A DNA stretch of 64,000 bases from Gemmatimonadota bacterium (GTDB taxonomy: Bacteria > JBHIER01 > G020348925). Below are positions 58,505-64,000 of the stretch, piece after piece. The stretch's first letter is position 1. Each line of letters begins with the position of its first letter. The notes under the pieces were generated by a model. The model saw only the letters and a program-made list of their open reading frames with translations, did not search any database and was not told where the DNA came from. The stretch spans positions 2,247,688-2,311,687 of the forward strand of contig CP070758.1 in NCBI GenBank assembly GCA_020348925.1. The letters are read 5' to 3'. The position numbers and the translations under genes are program-made.

Positions 58505-61500
58505 ATGAAATCTCAGGTTACGATGAAAATGAATGCTGTTCTCTTCAGTTTTCTGATGGTCAGTCTGATCCTTGTTCTCACAGGGACGCGGGTTCATGCC
58601 AACGGACCCGTTCTTGAGGTCTATAAATGGGCCGATCCCATTGAGATTTGGCACAAAGACTGCGAACTGATCCCGAATCAGACAACGGTAACATGCTCTC
58701 TCATCGGTGGTGGGGACTGTGAAGTCGTGGGATTGCCCGTCGATGTGATGTTGGTCTTGGACCGCTCGGGAAGCATGTTGGGGACGCCTCTTGACAGTGC
58801 CAAAATCGGGGCAAACATCTTCGTCGATCTGTTGAGAGCCATTGACAACGCCGGTCTTGTCTCTTTTGGCGGGAAAGTGAAACTGAACATGAGTCTGGCA
58901 AAGATGATCCCCTTTGGCAAGACGCTGCTCCATGGGGCTATAGATGGACTCTATTCCGGCGGCAGCACACCTCTGGGTGATGCCATAGACATGGCCAACG
59001 GAAATCTCGCCCCGGCCTCGGCCAGTGGAGGAAAATATCAAGTCCTTCTGACTGACGGGGACCCTTTAACCTTTTCCGGGACGACCGATCCAATCGATGC
59101 GGCCGTTGAGGCGGCTTCCTTGGGGATAACGATCTTCGTCATCGGATTGGACCTGGCTTCGAATCCGATCCCCCCGGATCAGAAGGTGTTGCTCCAGAAC
59201 ATCGCCGCCATTACCGGGGGTCAATATTACGATCCCTCGTTTCCAGGCGCTCTCGTGTCGATCTTCGAGGATATCGCCTATCAGATCATCTGCACCGTGG
59301 GCAAGGATATCGTGGTGACCGAGACGGTCCAGAACTATCTCAACGTGCTCGGTGCCTGTTTCGATTACAGCCATTTCAGCAAACCTCCCGTGTCGTGCAC
59401 CATCCTCGGGGACGGATCGGTGAGGATGACCTGGGAGATCGACAAGCTCGAGGTCGGGGAGAGCTGGAGCGTCTCCTTTGTTGTTGACTCCGATATCATT
59501 GGCGAGAATTTGGAGATCGACGTCATGGCCAGCTCCAAGGTGAATTATGTCAATTACCTGGGCCCGGCTGTCGCCCAGATCCCCCAGGCCTACGTCACCG
59601 TCAAATCCTGCACGCCCGATCTCGAGGCGACCAAAACGGATAACGAGATCCCCTACGCTGAAAAATATGTCGACGGGAACTTCAGTCCCGGCGATACAAT
59701 AAAGTATGACGTTGTGATTTACAACGACGGTTATGATGCGACAGAGGTCTTTTACTGCGATACTGTTGATGTTCATACAACCCTCATCGCCGACAGCATC
59801 AAAGCGCCCGGAGCACCGGTTACTGTCACAGTGGCCGGGGACAACTCTTCCTTCTGTGTCGATATCGGAGTGATATCGGAGCAGGGGACGGTCAACATCA
59901 GCTTTCTTGTGGAGATAGAGGAACCTTTTCCCGAGGGATTGGATCACGTGGTCAATCAGGGATTTGTTCTCAGCAAAGAACTGGACGATGTTCCAACGGA
60001 CGATCCCGAAACAACGCCGCCGCCGCCGGGGGAGGGGGACGATCCGACCATCACTCCGGTGATAGCGGGGGCCGTTGTCCAGGCGACCAAGAGTTACCAA
60101 ATTATTCAGGGTGAGACGACCCCTGGAACCGTGACGCCCGGTGGTGTCATAGAGTATACGGTGGCATTACAAAACATCGGAACTCAGAGTGTGAGCGGTT
60201 TGACGTATCACGATAATATGCCGAATTACACAACGTACGCCGGCAACCTGCAAAATACGTGCGGGGGTACTGTAACGGAACCTGCAATTGGCTCGACAAA
60301 TCCGTTGGTGATCACAAATATCTCACTCGCACCCAACGGCGGCTGCACCATCCAATTCCGGGTTCAGGTGGACCCCACTTTACCTGCCGGCGTGTATGAG
60401 GTGTGCAACCAGGGTATCGTCTATCTTCCCGAGGGGAGCATCGTGACCGACGATCCCGACGAACCCGGCCTGGACGATCCCACGTGCACGCCAGTGGAAA
60501 CAGAAATTTTTATCACTGCAATGAAAACGGACGCTGTGGTTGGAGGCGGTGACCTTGAGCCGGGCGGATATGTGGAATATACGGTGACCCTGGAGAATAT
60601 AGGCAACCAGACCGTAACCGGTCTGACCTTTCAAGATCCGACTCCTTCCTACGCGACGTACGCCGATTTTCTGGATCAAGACTGCGGTACCTTCGGAGGA
60701 ATAACGAACCCCTTGACCATCACGAATATTACCCTTGAGCCCAATATTCCCTGTACCATCACCTATCGGGTCCAAGTCGATGCCTCCGTTCCCTTCGGCG
60801 TATATCAGATCTGCAACCAGGGAGTTGTTTCGAATGTTCCCGGACAAGGGGACGTGTTGACCGACGATCCGGACACAACACCACCGGATCCCGGATACGG
60901 TGACGATCCCACATGCACGCCGTTGAAGACAGAAGTGTTGATTGATGTCACCAAGGATGATGGCTTGGACTATGATACCGACTACGTCATTCCGGGTGAG
61001 ATCATTGAGTACGAGATACGGTTGAGGAACACCGGCAACCAGGAAGTCACTGGATTGACATACTACGATGAAATACCGCTGTATACGACGTTCGAGGGAG
61101 GCCTGAATAACCAGTGCGGCGGGACGCTTCAAGCACCGATCCCAAGTCAGGGGGCCACGGATCCGATTCATATCACAGGCATTACGCTGGCCCCCAACGG
61201 AATTTGCACCATAACCTATCAGGTCAGGGTCAACAGCAGCGTTCCTCCGGGAGTCGATGAGATCGTCAACCAGGGCTTTGTTCAGAATATTCCCTTCCCT
61301 GAACTGCCGCCGGGATCAGAGCCGTCGGACGATCCTGAGACCGGTACGAACAACGATCCCACCAGAACGCCCCTGCGGACGGGCGTCGATATTTGGATCA
61401 TCAAGACCGTCAGTGTGGTGGGTGGGGGACAACTCTTTCCCGGAGGTCAGCTGCGCTACACCATTCGCATCGGGAACAACGGGCCTGAGGATGCATCCGA

Positions 61501-63523
61501 CCTCACCTTCCAGGATGCCATCCCTCAATACACGCAATTGAGCAGCGCTATTACCCAAGATTGCGGGGTTCTCCAGACCTCCACCCCGACCATCAACATC
61601 ACGAATATAGATATCGATGCCGGCGAGGAGTGCACCATTGGCTTCACGGTCACGCTCGAAGGAACGATTCCCGACAATGTGACTGAGATCGTCAATGGCG
61701 GTGAGGTCTGCCAGATCCCCGGGGCGGAGTGTGAGGATGACACCGTCAGGATTCGGATTCAGCGGCCACCCCAAGCCTGGGATCCTGAGGTCTACAAGGT
61801 GGCGACCAACCTGACGAACCCGGGACAGCCCTTGGATCCCGGGCATGTGATCGAATACGTGATCACCATCGAGAATCCCATGGACGTGGGCGTGGAGGAT
61901 CACATCTTTGAGGATCCCATCCCGGAGTGGACGCATACGTTGATCCTCGTCAATCCTGCACCTGGCGATCCTCGGAATGAATCGACGAGCGATGTCGTTC
62001 GGATCACCGGTATTGATATTCCCGCCGGTGGAACCTTTGAGATCGTCTTCAGAGTGACTCTTGATGTGGAAGTTCCAACCAATGTCACGCAGATATGCAA
62101 CCAGGGGAGAATCCACGATCTGCCCGACGAAAACGATGAGCCCTCGGACGATCCCAGTACCCGTCAGATCAACGATCCGACCTGTCTCGAGGTTGCTCAT
62201 GAAATTGAGGTGTGGGATCCTGAGATTGAAGCCTTCATGGTGGCCCTGGATGTCAACGGTGGTGGGTTGGTTGGTGGTGATATCGTTGAATATACTGTAA
62301 CCATGACGAATTTGGGCCCCTATGATGTCTTTACCCTCAATTTCTACTGTCCGCTTCCGGATCACACGGAACATCTCACTGTCACCGGCATACCCTTCGG
62401 GACCGTCGATATCTCACTCCCGGATATGGTCTTCATAACGGGCATGCCCCTCAGCGTTGGTCAGACCATTGAGATTGTATTTTCGGCACAAGTGGTGTCA
62501 TTCCCGCCCGAAGGCGTTGCGGAGATTTCCTGTCAGGGTTGGGTCGGAAATATTCCCGAAATGGAGGATGAGTACACGGACGATCCCGCCACACCGGAGG
62601 AGCACGATCCGACGGTACTCACCTTGGATTCGAACGGGATGAAATGCGATATCAACGACGACGGTGAGGTAACCATAACCGATCTCTTTATGCAGCTCAG
62701 GCATATTACGTACGATGTGGAACTGACAGGAGACGAATTCTGGGCTGCCGACTTCAATGGCGATGAGACCATCAATATCATCGATCTCATGAGCTGCATC
62801 AATGTCTCTGTGGGAAACACGCCGAAGCGCGGAGAGCCGGGCATCGAGATGTCCCTGGCCGATGACATCGCCGTTGTCCACAATGTCGTTTCGGTGCCCT
62901 GCCAGTTGCGAACGACGCTCCCGGTGGCTGGAGCTTGGTTCAGACTGGACTACGACCCGACACGCCTCACGCCGGGGCCGGCACAATTGACAGAACAGAG
63001 TGCTCACATGGCTCTTGCTCAGAGAGATGTCGGTCATTCCCTCTGGATGTTGGTCTACAGCATGGAGGGGGAAACGATTCAGGCGGGAAATGCACCTCTC
63101 GTCTCGGTTCCCTTTCGGAAGGCCCAGGATCTCGACGGAGAGACGGTGGTCAGAATCGACGAGGCGATCGCTTTTCTGCCGCTCGGGGAGGCGATCATCC
63201 TGGAATCCGATTCGCGCGTGATCTCATTGAAATCGACACTCCCTGAAGACTTTGCCTTGGAACAGAACGTGCCCAATCCGTTCAATCCCGAGACGCGCAT
63301 CAGGTACCGGCTGCCCCATGAGGCTCATGTCACCCTTGAAGTGTACAACGTTCTCGGACAACGGGTCATTACTCTTGTCGACGAAGAGCAAACCGCTGGT
63401 GATCGAACGGTATCGTGGAATGGTATCGATGACAGCGGCATCCAAGTTCCAAGTGGAGTCTACTTCTATACCATTACGATGGGTGAATTTTTAGCAACGA
63501 AGAAGATGGTCTTGGCGAAATAG
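58505..63523 (+). CDS. Paralog E: signal peptide, vWA domain, seven DUF11-like repeats, dockerin-like, cohesin-like, FlgD-like CTD
   Basis: LDRSGSM / GGSTP / LTDG MIDAS motifs; repeats K...PG..I.Y.....N.G...D..P...NQG; CDINDDGEVTITDL and ADFNGDETINIIDL; QNVPNPFNP; AAGGAGG RBS. Confidence 0.9.
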   Translation: MKSQVTMKMNAVLFSFLMVSLILVLTGTRVHANGPVLEVYKWADPIEIWHKDCELIPNQTTVTCSLIGGGDCEVVGLPVDVMLVLDRSGSMLGTPLDSAKIGANIFVDLLRAIDNAGLVSFGGKVKLNMSLAKMIPFGKTLLHGAIDGLYSGGSTPLGDAIDMANGNLAPASASGGKYQVLLTDGDPLTFSGTTDPIDAAVEAASLGITIFVIGLDLASNPIPPDQKVLLQNIAAITGGQYYDPSFPGALVSIFEDIAYQIICTVGKDIVVTETVQNYLNVLGACFDYSHFSKPPVSCTILGDGSVRMTWEIDKLEVGESWSVSFVVDSDIIGENLEIDVMASSKVNYVNYLGPAVAQIPQAYVTVKSCTPDLEATKTDNEIPYAEKYVDGNFSPGDTIKYDVVIYNDGYDATEVFYCDTVDVHTTLIADSIKAPGAPVTVTVAGDNSSFCVDIGVISEQGTVNISFLVEIEEPFPEGLDHVVNQGFVLSKELDDVPTDDPETTPPPPGEGDDPTITPVIAGAVVQATKSYQIIQGETTPGTVTPGGVIEYTVALQNIGTQSVSGLTYHDNMPNYTTYAGNLQNTCGGTVTEPAIGSTNPLVITNISLAPNGGCTIQFRVQVDPTLPAGVYEVCNQGIVYLPEGSIVTDDPDEPGLDDPTCTPVETEIFITAMKTDAVVGGGDLEPGGYVEYTVTLENIGNQTVTGLTFQDPTPSYATYADFLDQDCGTFGGITNPLTITNITLEPNIPCTITYRVQVDASVPFGVYQICNQGVVSNVPGQGDVLTDDPDTTPPDPGYGDDPTCTPLKTEVLIDVTKDDGLDYDTDYVIPGEIIEYEIRLRNTGNQEVTGLTYYDEIPLYTTFEGGLNNQCGGTLQAPIPSQGATDPIHITGITLAPNGICTITYQVRVNSSVPPGVDEIVNQGFVQNIPFPELPPGSEPSDDPETGTNNDPTRTPLRTGVDIWIIKTVSVVGGGQLFPGGQLRYTIRIGNNGPEDASDLTFQDAIPQYTQLSSAITQDCGVLQTSTPTINITNIDIDAGEECTIGFTVTLEGTIPDNVTEIVNGGEVCQIPGAECEDDTVRIRIQRPPQAWDPEVYKVATNLTNPGQPLDPGHVIEYVITIENPMDVGVEDHIFEDPIPEWTHTLILVNPAPGDPRNESTSDVVRITGIDIPAGGTFEIVFRVTLDVEVPTNVTQICNQGRIHDLPDENDEPSDDPSTRQINDPTCLEVAHEIEVWDPEIEAFMVALDVNGGGLVGGDIVEYTVTMTNLGPYDVFTLNFYCPLPDHTEHLTVTGIPFGTVDISLPDMVFITGMPLSVGQTIEIVFSAQVVSFPPEGVAEISCQGWVGNIPEMEDEYTDDPATPEEHDPTVLTLDSNGMKCDINDDGEVTITDLFMQLRHITYDVELTGDEFWAADFNGDETINIIDLMSCINVSVGNTPKRGEPGIEMSLADDIAVVHNVVSVPCQLRTTLPVAGAWFRLDYDPTRLTPGPAQLTEQSAHMALAQRDVGHSLWMLVYSMEGETIQAGNAPLVSVPFRKAQDLDGETVVRIDEAIAFLPLGEAIILESDSRVISLKSTLPEDFALEQNVPNPFNPETRIRYRLPHEAHVTLEVYNVLGQRVITLVDEEQTAGDRTVSWNGIDDSGIQVPSGVYFYTITMGEFLATKKMVLAK

Positions 63524-63766
63524 AAGTGAAAAAGATTAGAGGGTTTCTTTAACATTAATATTGGAGAACAGGGAGAAAGGCCCTCAGGTTTTTCTGGGGG
63601 CTTCTCCCATTTCCGTTCCTGAATGTTTCGAACAATAGAGACGTATTGTATTGAATACGAGGTTGGGTTCAATTGAAGAAAGAGGGTCTTTATGGATGTG
63701 AGGCCCGATTTTTTCATCGGTAGGAGGAATAGTACAGGAGCCTTTGTGAAAAGGGAGGCTAACACG

Positions 63767-64000
63767 ATGCGAAAAACAGTTTTGGGTATCTTTTTCTTTT
63801 TCATTGTGGCAGGCAGCGGTATTATCGATCATGGAATCGCGCAGGTTCAAAAGAATCCCAACGATTATCTTCAGGATGCGACACTGTCGGTGGAGTCTGA
63901 AGCCGGGATCCCTGGGAGTACGGACAATGTGGTTTCCATCTTCATGAATAATGGGGTGTCCGTGTACGGGGTCCAGTTCCGACTGGCATACAATCCCCAA
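63767..64000 (+). CDS. Start of a further secreted protein with an N-terminal cohesin-like domain (runs out of window)
   Basis: GGGAGG RBS; hand translation MRKTVLGIFFFFIVAGSG...GIPGSTDNVVSIFMNNGVSVYGVQFRLAYNP matches the cohesin-like strands in paralogs A-E. Confidence 0.75.
   Translation, partial: MRKTVLGIFFFFIVAGSGIIDHGIAQVQKNPNDYLQDATLSVESEAGIPGSTDNVVSIFMNNGVSVYGVQFRLAYNPQ

Noticed and set aside
43931-63523. Classical cellulosome
   Set aside because: No tandem multi-cohesin scaffoldin, CBM3 or SLH anchor was recognised, and the large proteins carry adhesin-like rather than catalytic modules.

Overview
Bacterial sequence made of four contig pieces joined by three 100-N gaps (5490-5589, 27535-27634, 47995-48094), so adjacency across the gaps is unproven. 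Canonical TTGACA-N17-TATAAT promoters, GGAGG ribosome-binding sites and many secreted proteins ending in QNYPNPFNP...M.L.K (T9SS-type-A/FlgD-like C-terminal domain, CTD) suggest an FCB-group lineage outside Bacteroidota, such as KSB1 or Zixibacteria. This is inference only. Housekeeping and regulatory content: comEC (partial), blaI/blaR1-like pair, carAB, ABC ATPase plus permease-M1 peptidase with LytS/LytTR, NYN protein, STAND-like ATPase-TPR, Ser/Thr kinase, two cyclophilin lipoproteins, LarA-family protein, ggt, Tat-signal TldD with PmbA, and a propeller-RsbU phosphatase. The most notable content is a cluster (43.9-64 kb) of at least five large paralogous secreted proteins, plus the start of a sixth cohesin-like gene. 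The complete members carry cohesin-like and dockerin-like modules in one chain plus a CTD. Three share an unrecognised Cys/Trp-rich core to which different N-terminal tips are attached (TSP3 repeats, 7-blade propeller, beta-helix); a fourth has vWA/DUF11 modules instead. Dockerin-only cargo-like proteins lie at 2.3-5.5 kb. A c-di-GMP-I riboswitch precedes a GEVED/TSP3 gene that is frameshifted at a G8 tract and may be the missing 5' half of one paralog. No rRNA, tRNA, CRISPR array, transposase, integrase or reverse transcriptase was recognised.
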